Shown in pieces: positions 33,605 to 43,216 of a stretch of 64,000 bases of DNA (positions are counted from its first letter, which is position 1; each line of letters opens with the position of its first letter). A program made the translations under genes and the position numbers. The notes beneath the pieces are model-generated. The model worked only from the letters and a program-made list of their open reading frames with translations. It made no database searches and was not told the DNA's origin. Source of the DNA: Myxococcota bacterium (lineage in GTDB: Bacteria; Myxococcota_A; UBA9042; PHBI01; JBMYRH01); assembly GCA_049602155.1 (NCBI GenBank), contig JBMYRH010000014.1, positions 99,860 through 163,859 on the forward strand, given 5' to 3'.

Positions 33605-36175
33605 ATGAGCAGAATAGCAATCACAGGGGTCGCGTTGTGCATGGTGTCGATGGTCGGTTGGCCATCGCTATCGGTCGCGCAGACACGGCCCGGCACGTTG
33701 CCATCGTCCTCGCGGGGCGACTCGGATGGTCCGGTTCGGACCAAGGCTAAGAAGGCCGGGGTCATCGACCCCTCGAGTGGCAAGAAGAAGCTCGATTTTG
33801 ACCCCAAGGACTTGGCGGGCACCTCTGGCTCTGCAGAGGATAAGCTCACCAAGGACGCTGAGGACGTCATTGAGTGGAAGACGAATTTTGAGAAGGGAAT
33901 CAAGTGCAAGAAGCTCCCGCTGAACACGAAGATTCGCCTGGACTTTAACGACATCGCTCTGGGCGATCTGACCAAGTTCATCTCATGCATCACCGAGCAG
34001 AATTTCATCCTCGCTGGTGGGGCAAATAAGAGCGCGACGGTCTCTATCTTGAGCCCGAAGCCGGTCACCGCGTATGAGGCTTACAAGGCGTACTTGAGCA
34101 CGCTAGAGGCCAACTCGCTGACCATCGTGCCCAACGGTAACTTCCTTGAGATCGTGCCGAGCGGCGAAGCCAAGCAGCAGGGCGCTCCGATCTTCGGCCC
34201 GAAGAAGAAGGGGCCGAATGACGACCGTATGGTCACTCGGCTGATTCAGCTTGAGCACATCCAGGGGCAGGAGATCTTGCCGGTCATCGAGAAGTTCAAG
34301 ACCAAGTCGGCCGACCTGACCATCTACGCACCGACCAACACGCTCATCATGACGGACACTGGGACGAACATCCGTCGTATCTTGGCGCTCATCAAGGAGC
34401 TCGATGTCCCGGTGGGCAAGGAGAAGATCTGGATCCGCCCGATTCAGTATGCCGACGCCTCCGAGATGCTCAGCATGCTTCAGAACCTCTTTCAAGCGAG
34501 CGGTGGGGGCCGCAGTGCCTCCGCCTCCTCACGCCCTTCGAGCTCCAAGTCAAAGCGCAAGGGGGCCAAGGCGAAGTCGAGCCCCTCAAGTGTCGTTGGG
34601 GCGTCCGGTGACGTGACGAGCATCGAGATCACCAAGATGCTCTCCGATGAGCGCACCAACTCCATCATCTTTGTGGCCAGCCGCTCCTCCTACCTCAAAG
34701 TTGATCGGCTCTTGCGCAAGATCGATGTGCCGATCCCCGGCGAGGGGCAGATCCACATCCACAGCCTCGAGAACGCCGACGCAGAGGAGATCGCTCAGAC
34801 GCTCTCGAGCCTCGCCTCATCCAAGGGCGGCAAGGGCAAGCGCAGCTCGAAGAGCAAGAAGAAGAAGAAGAGCAAGTCCAAGAGTGGCAGCTCTGGAGGC
34901 GCGCTGCTTCAAGGCGACGTGAAGATCACCGCCTACGAGCCGACGAACTCCCTCGTGATCGAGTCGTCCCTCAAGGATTACCTCTCCCTCCAGAGGGTCA
35001 TTAAGCAGCTCGATGTGCGCCGCAAGCAGGTCTACGTCGAGGCGATCATCATGGAGATCAGCCAGAACAAGCAGAAGGACGTCGGGTTCAGTGGCTCGGG
35101 TGGCGTCCCGGACGTCGATATCGCGGGTGAGCAGGTCCCCCTCCTCTTTGGCGTGGGTGGCCTCGGCCTCGATGTCCAAGGTGCGCTCTCGACGTTGACC
35201 GCCGGCGGCGGCGCCATCGGCATGCAAGGCCCGATGGTGGACCTCTCTGGCGGCGTCTCGGGCTCGGGTGACTCGGCATCGACTGGGGGCAGCTTCTCGA
35301 TCCCCGCCTTTGGCTTCACGCTCCAGGCGCTCCAGACGACGAGCAACGTCAACGTGCTGTCTACGCCGCACATCCTCACCGTTGAGAACGAAGAGGCCGA
35401 GATTCAGGTCGGAAAGCGTCAGCCCTACCGAAACCAGAGCATGGGTGGCCTGGGTAACCTCTCAAGCCTCGCGGGCTTGGCGGGTGGCGCGGGCGCGAGC
35501 GCCCTCGGCAGCTTGGGGGGCCTCGGCGGCTTAGGTGGCCTCGGCAGCCAGGTTCAGTACGTCGACGTGGACCTGACGTTGAAGATCAAGCCCCAGGTCA
35601 ACGCGAGCGACTTTGTACGGCTTGAGATCGAGCAGAACATTGACGACATCGAGGGCTTCTTCGCGGAAGCGCCGATCACGTCCAAGCGGAAGATCTCCAA
35701 CATCGTCGTGGTGCGTGACGGTCAACCCGTCGTCATCGGTGGCTTGATGCGAGACAGCGAGACCGAGTCCGTGGAGAAGGTGCCCTTCTTGGGTGACATC
35801 CCGCTCTTGGGCCTGCTCTTCCGCAAGACGGCGACGACGGTCGAGAAGCGCAACTTGCTCCTGATCATCATCCCTCATGTCATCAAAGACCCGAGCGACT
35901 TGAAGCAGATCCACAACCAGCGGAAGACCGAATTCCGAGAGTTCAGTCGCATGATGGCGATGCGTAAGAAGGAGTTCGAGGGCGAGATGGACTACCGCAA
36001 GAAGGTGGGCCTGCTTCAGGACATCCATGTGACGGTCAACCGCGCCCGCCGTGAGCGTGAACTCAACGAGCAGTCCATCTTTGAGTCGACCGAGTTTGAC
36101 TCGGTGGGGCCGCCAGAGACGCACGACATTGAGTACGACCCGTATGAGGCGACTGAGGATAAGGGGGACGACTAA
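33605..36175 (+). CDS. gspD: type II secretion system secretin GspD
   Basis: An N0 domain (KIRLDFNDIALGDLTKFISCITEQNFIL) and a secretin core (VLSTPHILTVENEEAEIQVGKRQPY, then VVVRDGQPVVIGGLMRDSETESVEKVPFLGDIPLLGLLF). It also carries unusual Lys/Ser-rich low-complexity inserts. Confidence 0.9.
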   Translation: MSRIAITGVALCMVSMVGWPSLSVAQTRPGTLPSSSRGDSDGPVRTKAKKAGVIDPSSGKKKLDFDPKDLAGTSGSAEDKLTKDAEDVIEWKTNFEKGIKCKKLPLNTKIRLDFNDIALGDLTKFISCITEQNFILAGGANKSATVSILSPKPVTAYEAYKAYLSTLEANSLTIVPNGNFLEIVPSGEAKQQGAPIFGPKKKGPNDDRMVTRLIQLEHIQGQEILPVIEKFKTKSADLTIYAPTNTLIMTDTGTNIRRILALIKELDVPVGKEKIWIRPIQYADASEMLSMLQNLFQASGGGRSASASSRPSSSKSKRKGAKAKSSPSSVVGASGDVTSIEITKMLSDERTNSIIFVASRSSYLKVDRLLRKIDVPIPGEGQIHIHSLENADAEEIAQTLSSLASSKGGKGKRSSKSKKKKKSKSKSGSSGGALLQGDVKITAYEPTNSLVIESSLKDYLSLQRVIKQLDVRRKQVYVEAIIMEISQNKQKDVGFSGSGGVPDVDIAGEQVPLLFGVGGLGLDVQGALSTLTAGGGAIGMQGPMVDLSGGVSGSGDSASTGGSFSIPAFGFTLQALQTTSNVNVLSTPHILTVENEEAEIQVGKRQPYRNQSMGGLGNLSSLAGLAGGAGASALGSLGGLGGLGGLGSQVQYVDVDLTLKIKPQVNASDFVRLEIEQNIDDIEGFFAEAPITSKRKISNIVVVRDGQPVVIGGLMRDSETESVEKVPFLGDIPLLGLLFRKTATTVEKRNLLLIIIPHVIKDPSDLKQIHNQRKTEFREFSRMMAMRKKEFEGEMDYRKKVGLLQDIHVTVNRARRERELNEQSIFESTEFDSVGPPETHDIEYDPYEATEDKGDD

Positions 36176-37903
36176 GTGACCCTCGCCTCCACGCCTATGT
36201 TTGGCCCACGACGACTTGGAGAGATCCTCGTCGACATGGGGGCCGTCTCTCCGGAGTCGGTAGAGAGCGCCCTTGAGCTTCAGGAGGAGAAGGGCGGCCG
36301 ACTCGGTGACCTCTTGGTGGACATGGAGGCGATCACCGCCGATGACGTCGCGAAGGCGTTGGCCGAGCAGCTGGACCTCGAGTACGACGATGAGCTCGAG
36401 GCCGACGAGATCGATCCTCAGCTCGTCAGCCGCATGTCGCTCTCCTACGTGCGCGCCAACGAGATGCTCCCGCTGGTCGCAGACGAGACGACGGTCCGCT
36501 TGGCGGTGGTCGATCCGCTGAACACCTTCGCGATCGATGACATCCGCGTGCTGCTCAACCGGGAGGTCGAGCTCGTCGTGGTCGCACGCGAGACACTGAG
36601 CGCCGCGATGCACCGCGTCTTCGATCGCCGCGCTGGGGCGGATCAGGTCGTCGGCGACCTCCAGGAAGAAGATCTGGGGAGCCTGGCGCATGACCTGGAC
36701 GACCAGGCCAAAGACATCCTCGATGAGGACGATGAGGCGCCGATCATTCGCTTGGTGAACTCGATCTTGAATCAGGCGATCAAAGAGCGCACGAGCGACA
36801 TCCACATCGAGCCCTACGAGCGGGACATCGTCATCCGGTTCCGGAAAGACGGCGTCCTCAAAGAGATCGTGCGCGCACCGAAGCGCTTTCAAGCGTCGAT
36901 TGCCAGCCGAATCAAGATCATGGGCAACCTGAACATCGCTGAGAAGCGGCTCCCCCAGGACGGCCGTATCCGCATCAAGATCGCAGGTCGTGACGTCGAC
37001 TTGCGCCTCTCGACGGTCCCGACGACCTTCGGTGAGCGCATCGTCTTGCGTATCCTCGACAAGTCCTCAGTGGTGCTCGACCTCGAGTCCCTGGGCTTCT
37101 TGCAGCACAACCTCAACACCATCACGGACTTGATCGAGCGTCCCCATGGGATCGTCTTGGTCACAGGGCCTACGGGCTCTGGTAAGACGACGACGCTCTA
37201 CGCGGCGCTGTCGCGGATCAACACGCCGGATCGGAACATCCTCACGGTTGAAGATCCCGTCGAGTACCAGCTCCAGGGCATCGGTCAGATGCAGGTCAAT
37301 CGGAAGATCGACTTCACGTTCGCCCGCGGCCTCCGCGCTATCCTGCGTCAGGATCCCGATGTCGTGCTCATCGGTGAGATTCGTGACCTTGAGACCGCTG
37401 AGAACGCGATCCAGGCCGCCCTGACGGGCCACCTCGTCTTCGCGACGCTCCACACTAACGATGCGCCGAGCGCGTTCACCCGGCTGACCGACATGGGCGT
37501 CGAGCCCTTCCTCTCGGCCTCTTCGGTGATCGCGGTGATGGCGCAGCGCCTCGTGCGCACGGTCTGTAAAGAGTGCCGCGAGCCCTACACGCCGCTTCCG
37601 GCCGAGCTGAAGAAGCTGGGCCTTGAGCCGTCAGACGTGAAGCCTGAGCACACGATCTACCGGGCGGTCGGTTGCCCAGCGTGCTTCGACAGCGGCTACG
37701 CCGGTCGATGGGGCATCCATGAGCTCCTGCAAGTGGATGACGACATTCGCTCACTGGTGATGCAGAACACAGCGTCTTCGATCATCAAGCGTCGCGCGGT
37801 CGAGCTCGGCATGCACACCCTTCGAGACGATGGGGTGGCCAAGGTGCTGAGCGGTCACACGACCATGGATGAGATTATGCGCGTCACTGCTGAAGACCGC
37901 TAG
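36176..37903 (+). CDS. gspE: type II secretion ATPase GspE
   Basis: The GTG start abuts the gspD stop. It has a GspE N-domain, a Walker A (VTGPTGSGKTTTLYAAL), Asp and His boxes, and a tetracysteine motif (CKEC...CPAC). Confidence 0.92.
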   Translation: MTLASTPMFGPRRLGEILVDMGAVSPESVESALELQEEKGGRLGDLLVDMEAITADDVAKALAEQLDLEYDDELEADEIDPQLVSRMSLSYVRANEMLPLVADETTVRLAVVDPLNTFAIDDIRVLLNREVELVVVARETLSAAMHRVFDRRAGADQVVGDLQEEDLGSLAHDLDDQAKDILDEDDEAPIIRLVNSILNQAIKERTSDIHIEPYERDIVIRFRKDGVLKEIVRAPKRFQASIASRIKIMGNLNIAEKRLPQDGRIRIKIAGRDVDLRLSTVPTTFGERIVLRILDKSSVVLDLESLGFLQHNLNTITDLIERPHGIVLVTGPTGSGKTTTLYAALSRINTPDRNILTVEDPVEYQLQGIGQMQVNRKIDFTFARGLRAILRQDPDVVLIGEIRDLETAENAIQAALTGHLVFATLHTNDAPSAFTRLTDMGVEPFLSASSVIAVMAQRLVRTVCKECREPYTPLPAELKKLGLEPSDVKPEHTIYRAVGCPACFDSGYAGRWGIHELLQVDDDIRSLVMQNTASSIIKRRAVELGMHTLRDDGVAKVLSGHTTMDEIMRVTAEDR

Positions 37904-37914
37904 GGGAGCCCAAG

Positions 37915-39177
37915 GTGCCGATCTACGAGTACAAGGGGCTCAACGCGAAGGGCAAGCAGGCCAATGGTGTCTTGGACGCCGACAGCCCGCGTGACCTGAA
38001 GGACCGACTGAAGCGTCAGGGCATCTACATGTCCGAGTACGTGGAGACGGACCGGGGCGGAAAGCGCCGCAAGGTTGGCGGTGAGCAGACTGGCTCGAAA
38101 GAGGTCAGCTTCAGCGACATGATGCGCCGCATCACGCTGCTGGAGGTCGCGGAGTTGACGCGTCAGCTCGCGACGCTGAGCCGCGCAGGGATCCCTCTCG
38201 TGGAGTCCTTAGCGGCCTTGACCGATGAGCACGACAACCCGAAATTGAAGCGGGTCATGAGCCAGGTGAAGCGCGCGGTCAGTGAGGGCTCGTCCCTCGC
38301 CAACGCCTTGCAGGCTCACCCGACGGTCTTCCCGCCGATCTACGTCAACATGGTCAACGCGGGTGAGTCCTCCGGTAACCTCGACATCGTCTTCGATCGC
38401 CTCGCGACGCTGACAGAGTCCCAGGTGCGCCTCCGAGGCAAGCTGATGGGGGCGCTGATGTACCCCATCATCATGGTGTTTTTGGGCGGGGTGATCATCA
38501 CGTTGATGATGCTCTTTGTCGTCCCGAAGATGGCCGAGATGTTCGAAGAGATGGGGGCGCAGTTGCCGACTGTGACCCGCATCCTGATCACCTTCAGTGA
38601 GTTCATCAGTGATTGGTGGTTGTTGCTCTTCCTAGCGTTCGGGGGCGGTGTCACCGCCTTTAACCGCTGGCGGGTCAGTGAGAATGGTAAGCCGACTTGG
38701 GATGCCTTCACGCTGCGTGTCCCGATCTTCGGCCCGCTGATCCGCATGCTGAACGTGGCCCGATTTGCGCGCACGCTCTCCACACTGCTGGCGAGTGGCG
38801 TGCCGATCTTGACGGCCATGAGCATCGTCGAGTCGATCTTGAACAACCACGTGTTGGCCTCGGTGATCGAGCAGGCCCGTGAGGCGGTGAAAGAGGGCAG
38901 CGCGGTCGCGGACACCTTGAGGCAGTCCGGAGAGTTTCCGTCGATGGTGTGCCACATGGTGGCCATCGGAGAGCGCTCTGGTGAGCTGGAGTCGATGCTC
39001 GGGAACGTCGCCGACAGCTATGAAGCGCATGTGGACTCGAAGGTGCAGGCGCTCACGAGCGTCCTGGAGCCCGTGATGATCGTGGTCATGGGCGGGGCCG
39101 TGGCGTTCCTCGTCTTCGCCATCTTGCAGCCCATGATGAATATGAATGAGCTCTTCGCCAGTGGCGGGCTCGGTTAG
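37915..39177 (+). CDS. gspF: type II secretion inner-membrane platform protein GspF
   Basis: MPIYEYKGLNAKGKQANGVLDADSPRDLKDRLKRQGI, followed by a duplicated GspF domain with 3 TM helices. Confidence 0.9.
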   Translation: MPIYEYKGLNAKGKQANGVLDADSPRDLKDRLKRQGIYMSEYVETDRGGKRRKVGGEQTGSKEVSFSDMMRRITLLEVAELTRQLATLSRAGIPLVESLAALTDEHDNPKLKRVMSQVKRAVSEGSSLANALQAHPTVFPPIYVNMVNAGESSGNLDIVFDRLATLTESQVRLRGKLMGALMYPIIMVFLGGVIITLMMLFVVPKMAEMFEEMGAQLPTVTRILITFSEFISDWWLLLFLAFGGGVTAFNRWRVSENGKPTWDAFTLRVPIFGPLIRMLNVARFARTLSTLLASGVPILTAMSIVESILNNHVLASVIEQAREAVKEGSAVADTLRQSGEFPSMVCHMVAIGERSGELESMLGNVADSYEAHVDSKVQALTSVLEPVMIVVMGGAVAFLVFAILQPMMNMNELFASGGLG

Positions 39178-39206
39178 TTTTTTTTGGACCCTGAGGAGGG
39201 AGCCCA

Positions 39207-39593
39207 GTGAACGGAATCAATCGGATTTCAAACGTGCGCGGTATGACGTTGCTTGAGATCATGGTGGTGATCGCCATCATCGGCATCTTGTCGTCAGCAA
39301 TCGGTGTCTCGGTCGTCACTTATATGGAGAAGGCCAAGGTCGACGCGTCGAAGGCGCAGCTGCGGCAGGTCGCGAATGCGGTCGAGCTCTACGCTGTAGA
39401 GAACGATTGGCCGACGGACCTCCGTGAGGTCTTGGACGCCAAGATGATCAAAGAGAAGCAGCTGGTCGATCCCTGGAAGCAGGACCTGCTCTACTCGTAC
39501 CCAGCGAGTCGCGGTAGCGACAACCGCTACGACCTCTGCTCAAAGGGTCCGGACAAAGTCGAAGGCAACGACGACGACGTCTGCAACGACTGA
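39207..39593 (+). CDS. gspG: major pseudopilin GspG
   Basis: The prepilin leader is ...RG followed by the cleavage site and MTLLEIMVVIAIIGIL, with E at +5. The size and the GspG-like C-terminus fit (DRYDLCSKGPD). Confidence 0.85.
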   Translation: MNGINRISNVRGMTLLEIMVVIAIIGILSSAIGVSVVTYMEKAKVDASKAQLRQVANAVELYAVENDWPTDLREVLDAKMIKEKQLVDPWKQDLLYSYPASRGSDNRYDLCSKGPDKVEGNDDDVCND

Positions 39594-39595
39594 GC

Positions 39596-40357
39596 GTGCG
39601 TGTTGTCGATCCCCGGCCGCTGTTGAGCGAACGAGCACACAAGAGGGAGGCCTTGCGCCTCTCAGGGGATCGATCCGGGCGACGCGGCTTCACGCTCATC
39701 GAGCTGATCGTGGTCATCGCGATTGGCTCGATTTTGGCGGGCAGCATGACGATCGCCATCGCCAATATCCGCAAGGCAGACCTGAAGTCTGCGACCGGGA
39801 TGATGGCCGGCGCCATGCGCTATATGTACAACCTCGCGGTCATCAACAACCGCCCCTATCGTCTCGTCATCGACATGGATGAGTCGGTTTTCTGGGGGGA
39901 GGAGCTTGAGACCGACGACCCTTGCGCTCGGTTTTTACCGGAGGGCGATCCCGTCGCCGAGGCGTCAGATCGAGAGAAAGAGGCCGAAGAGAAGGGGAAA
40001 GAGGCCGACGACTTAGGTCCCGTCGGCCTCGACCCACGGCGTCGTGCTCAGTCCACGTCGGTCCGCTATCAGACGGCCAAGGACAACCTGTTGAGTCGTC
40101 GGCAGTTGCCCCGAGGCATCCTCGTGACGGGGGTCATGACCTCCAACCATGAGGGGCCAAGAGAAGGGGGCCGTGTCGCCATCCACTTCTTCCCAGGAGG
40201 CTACGCGGAGCAGGCCTACGTGTGGCTGGGAGAAGAGGGGGATCCAGATGAGGACGTGGAGGCGTCGATCACCTTGGCCCTAGACAGCTTGATGGGCCGA
40301 GTCACGCGGCACAGCGAGGCCCTCTCGCCCGGCAGCTTTGCCAAGGAGCTCCAGTGA
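39596..40357 (+). CDS. gspH: minor pseudopilin GspH-like
   Basis: RRGFTLIELIVVIAIGSILAG prepilin motif, and its position in the cluster. Confidence 0.6.
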   Translation: MRVVDPRPLLSERAHKREALRLSGDRSGRRGFTLIELIVVIAIGSILAGSMTIAIANIRKADLKSATGMMAGAMRYMYNLAVINNRPYRLVIDMDESVFWGEELETDDPCARFLPEGDPVAEASDREKEAEEKGKEADDLGPVGLDPRRRAQSTSVRYQTAKDNLLSRRQLPRGILVTGVMTSNHEGPREGGRVAIHFFPGGYAEQAYVWLGEEGDPDEDVEASITLALDSLMGRVTRHSEALSPGSFAKELQ

Positions 40358-41037
40358 TGCGGCGGGGCTTCACGTTGCTCGAGGTGATGGTCGCGATGGC
40401 GATCATGGCGTTCTTGATGGCCGCCATCACCAGCTCGCAGGGGTCGTCGCTCCTCTACGGCGCACGGGTCTTCAACCTGACGACCGCGACCCAGCTCGCT
40501 GACAGCGTGATCTTGGACCTCGAGGAGGAGTACCGCCTCGATGGCTTCCCGGACAATTCGAAGGAGGGCGAGGGCTGCGACCTCCCCAAGGGCTTCGACC
40601 GCTTCGAGTGTGAGTACGACCTCTTCGGCCTCGATATCAACAGCGACAACATCGTCTCTGCTTCCGAGGACGCGGGCTCTGTGATGGAGTCTCCGCTGGT
40701 CTCAACGCTCTGCGGTGGGGGGGCCAGCGGCAATGAGATGTCGGGCGACCCTCTGAGCGCGCTCACTCAGAACCCAAACGTCGAGGGCGCCCAGGGGGCG
40801 CTCGCGGCGCTTTTGAACCCTCAGTACGCAGAGCTCTGTGGGATGAACATCTCGAAGATGTGTCAGAACATCCCGTTTCTGGAGGGGATGATCCCGGAGA
40901 TCATCAAGCAGGCGGCCGAGACCACTCGGAAGCTCGTCGTCCGCATCACGTGGGATGAGCGCGGCAACGCGCGGAAGGCGCTCGAGCTAGAGACCTTCAT
41001 CATCGCCGCTCCTCAGGCCGAGGAGCAGGGACCATGA
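40354..41037 (+). CDS. gspI: minor pseudopilin GspI-like
   Basis: MMRRGFTLLEVMVAMAIMAF prepilin motif. It overlaps the upstream stop by 4 nt. Confidence 0.6.
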   Translation: MMRRGFTLLEVMVAMAIMAFLMAAITSSQGSSLLYGARVFNLTTATQLADSVILDLEEEYRLDGFPDNSKEGEGCDLPKGFDRFECEYDLFGLDINSDNIVSASEDAGSVMESPLVSTLCGGGASGNEMSGDPLSALTQNPNVEGAQGALAALLNPQYAELCGMNISKMCQNIPFLEGMIPEIIKQAAETTRKLVVRITWDERGNARKALELETFIIAAPQAEEQGP

Positions 41038-41864
41038 ACATTGTCGGCCTCCAACGGACGACCCTTGGGCGCCGCCGCGGTATGACCCTCATCGAGGTGG
41101 CCGTGGCCATGGCGGTCCTTGGGGTCATGGGCATCCTCGCCTATGGCGGCCTCGCCATCACGTTGAAGTCACAGAAGCGCGCCGATGTGCTCCACGAGCG
41201 TTATCACGCGGCGCGGGTCTTCCTGACCCGCTTCAAGCGCGAGCTCTCGATGGCCTATGTCAGCCTTCATCAGGCCGAGGAGAAGCAGACGGTGACCCTC
41301 TTCCAAGGGGAGAGAGACAGCGTCATCTTCAACACGTCGAGCCATGAGCCGATCCACCGTGGGGTCGATGAGAGCGACCAGCTCGAGGTCGAGTACCGCC
41401 TCGACCGTGATGAAGATGGCAACCGCGCCATCATTCGGCGGGTTAAGCACTTCATCGATGATCGCCCGGGCCGTGGTGGTGTCGAGCAGGTCGCCGTGCG
41501 CGGCGTGCACGACTTTGACATCGAGTACTTCGACGAGATGAAGGAGGACTGGCGAAGCGATTGGGATGTCTTGATCGAGGACGCCGAGCAGAAGCGTGGC
41601 GATATGAAGCTCTTGTTGGCTGCCCGTGAAGAGCTTGAGGACATCCGCAATGACGAGTCCGGGAACATGGTCGACTCGTTGGGTCGAGAGATGGCCGCCA
41701 ACAAGGGTGAGAGCGCCATCGATAAGCTTGAGAACGAGGTGTTGGACCAGCTCTTTTTACCGGCTCGAATCCGTATTCGGTTGGTCCTCGTCGATGACGA
41801 AGACCGCGAATACCCGATGGAGACGCAGGTTGAGCTCATGGTCACGGAGCCGCTCTGGTACTGA
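41034..41864 (+). CDS. gspJ: minor pseudopilin GspJ-like
   Basis: RRRGMTLIEVAVAMAVLGVMG prepilin motif. It overlaps the upstream stop by 4 nt. Confidence 0.6.
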   Translation: MNIVGLQRTTLGRRRGMTLIEVAVAMAVLGVMGILAYGGLAITLKSQKRADVLHERYHAARVFLTRFKRELSMAYVSLHQAEEKQTVTLFQGERDSVIFNTSSHEPIHRGVDESDQLEVEYRLDRDEDGNRAIIRRVKHFIDDRPGRGGVEQVAVRGVHDFDIEYFDEMKEDWRSDWDVLIEDAEQKRGDMKLLLAAREELEDIRNDESGNMVDSLGREMAANKGESAIDKLENEVLDQLFLPARIRIRLVLVDDEDREYPMETQVELMVTEPLWY

Positions 41865-43207
41865 TGGCACCTTTCACCCCCAGAGCTGCGCGACCGATGC
41901 CCTTGAAGGAGGCGGCGCGGGTCACTGCGTCCGCGGCGCGGGCTACGGTGCGCTCGGACGTGCCCGGCACCCAGCGCGGGGTGGCGCTTTTGGTGGTCTT
42001 GGTGACCATGGCGATCATGGGGGCGCTCTCGACGGAGTTTGCCTACAACACGCGGGCCAACATCTGGATGGCGGGTAACGTCACGGCGAGCACGCAGGCT
42101 TATTACCATGCGCGCAGTGTCTCGAAGATCGCGACGCTCGCGGTGAACGCGAAGCGGATCTTCCCGCAGCTCAAGACGGTCCTCTCGATGATGGGCAAGA
42201 GTCAGAGCACGCGGCTTGAGATCTGGCGTCAGGCCTGCGAGTTCGCGAAGATCTTCGCCACAGGGAAGGCCGAATTCTTCGGGCTGCAGGTCCTCGATCT
42301 CTCCGGTGAAGACGCCATCGGCTTCAAGAAGGGGAGCTTTGAGTGCACGGTCACTGCGGAGGATAGTCGAACCAACCTGAACGCCGCGGCGACCGATCCG
42401 CCCAGCAACTTGGGGCAGCTCGGGAGCAAGAAGCCGAGGTCCTCTGGTCCGGTCTCAGGCAACAAGCTTCAGACCTCTAGAAAGCAGCTGGGGCTCAAGC
42501 TCTATGGACTCCTTCGGCCGATGTTGGAGACGGGGCAGTTCGACAGCGAGGAGGAGATCTTCGACGTCATCATCAACGTCATGGACTGGACCGACAGCGA
42601 CGAGTTGAGGACCGACGTCGACGCCGCCGGGAACTTCATCGACGGGGCCGGAGACGAGGGGCGTGACTACTCGGGCGTTGAGTACGAGGTGAAGAACGCC
42701 AAGATGGACACCATCGGCGAGGTTCAGCTGGTCGCGGGCATGGAGCCTGAAGTCTACTGTCAGATACGCGACAAGCTGACGGTCTTCTCGACCGGCAAGC
42801 TCAACGTGAATGACGCTGACCTTGGCACCCTTAAGGGCGTGATCTGCCAGGGCATCACCGACCCCACCCTCGAGTATCAGCTCTGCTGGAACTACCTCCC
42901 GGGCCAGATCCCCGTCGTCGACCAGGCGCTCCTCTCCCTCGACACCTGTCGTCAGCTGAAGAAGGCCGCCTACTCCACGCCCTTCACGTCGATGGGTAAA
43001 TTCATCTCATTCATGAGGGCCTTCCCTCGCATCATGCAGGTGCCGCAGACCTTGCCCATCGATAACCGCACGCTTAATCAGCACCTGGGCGTCCTCTCGA
43101 CGATGGTCCGGGTCGAGGCGCTCGGCGAGTACAAGGGCACCAAACGCAAGATCACGACCATCTTCGACTTGGCGACCGGCGAGCCGGTTTACCACAACGT
43201 GAATTAG
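41864..43207 (+). CDS. gspK: minor pseudopilin GspK-like
   Basis: QRGVALLVVLVTMAIMGALSTEF, lacking E5 as is typical of GspK. It has a large periplasmic domain. Confidence 0.65.
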   Translation: MAPFTPRAARPMPLKEAARVTASAARATVRSDVPGTQRGVALLVVLVTMAIMGALSTEFAYNTRANIWMAGNVTASTQAYYHARSVSKIATLAVNAKRIFPQLKTVLSMMGKSQSTRLEIWRQACEFAKIFATGKAEFFGLQVLDLSGEDAIGFKKGSFECTVTAEDSRTNLNAAATDPPSNLGQLGSKKPRSSGPVSGNKLQTSRKQLGLKLYGLLRPMLETGQFDSEEEIFDVIINVMDWTDSDELRTDVDAAGNFIDGAGDEGRDYSGVEYEVKNAKMDTIGEVQLVAGMEPEVYCQIRDKLTVFSTGKLNVNDADLGTLKGVICQGITDPTLEYQLCWNYLPGQIPVVDQALLSLDTCRQLKKAAYSTPFTSMGKFISFMRAFPRIMQVPQTLPIDNRTLNQHLGVLSTMVRVEALGEYKGTKRKITTIFDLATGEPVYHNVN

Positions 43208-43216
43208 GAGGAACCC

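Noticed and set aside
35531-36892. 453-aa minus-strand ORF antisense to gspD/gspE
   Set aside because: It is a shadow ORF opposite genes with unmistakable secretin and ATPase motifs, with no motifs of its own. Long antisense ORFs are expected at 62% GC.
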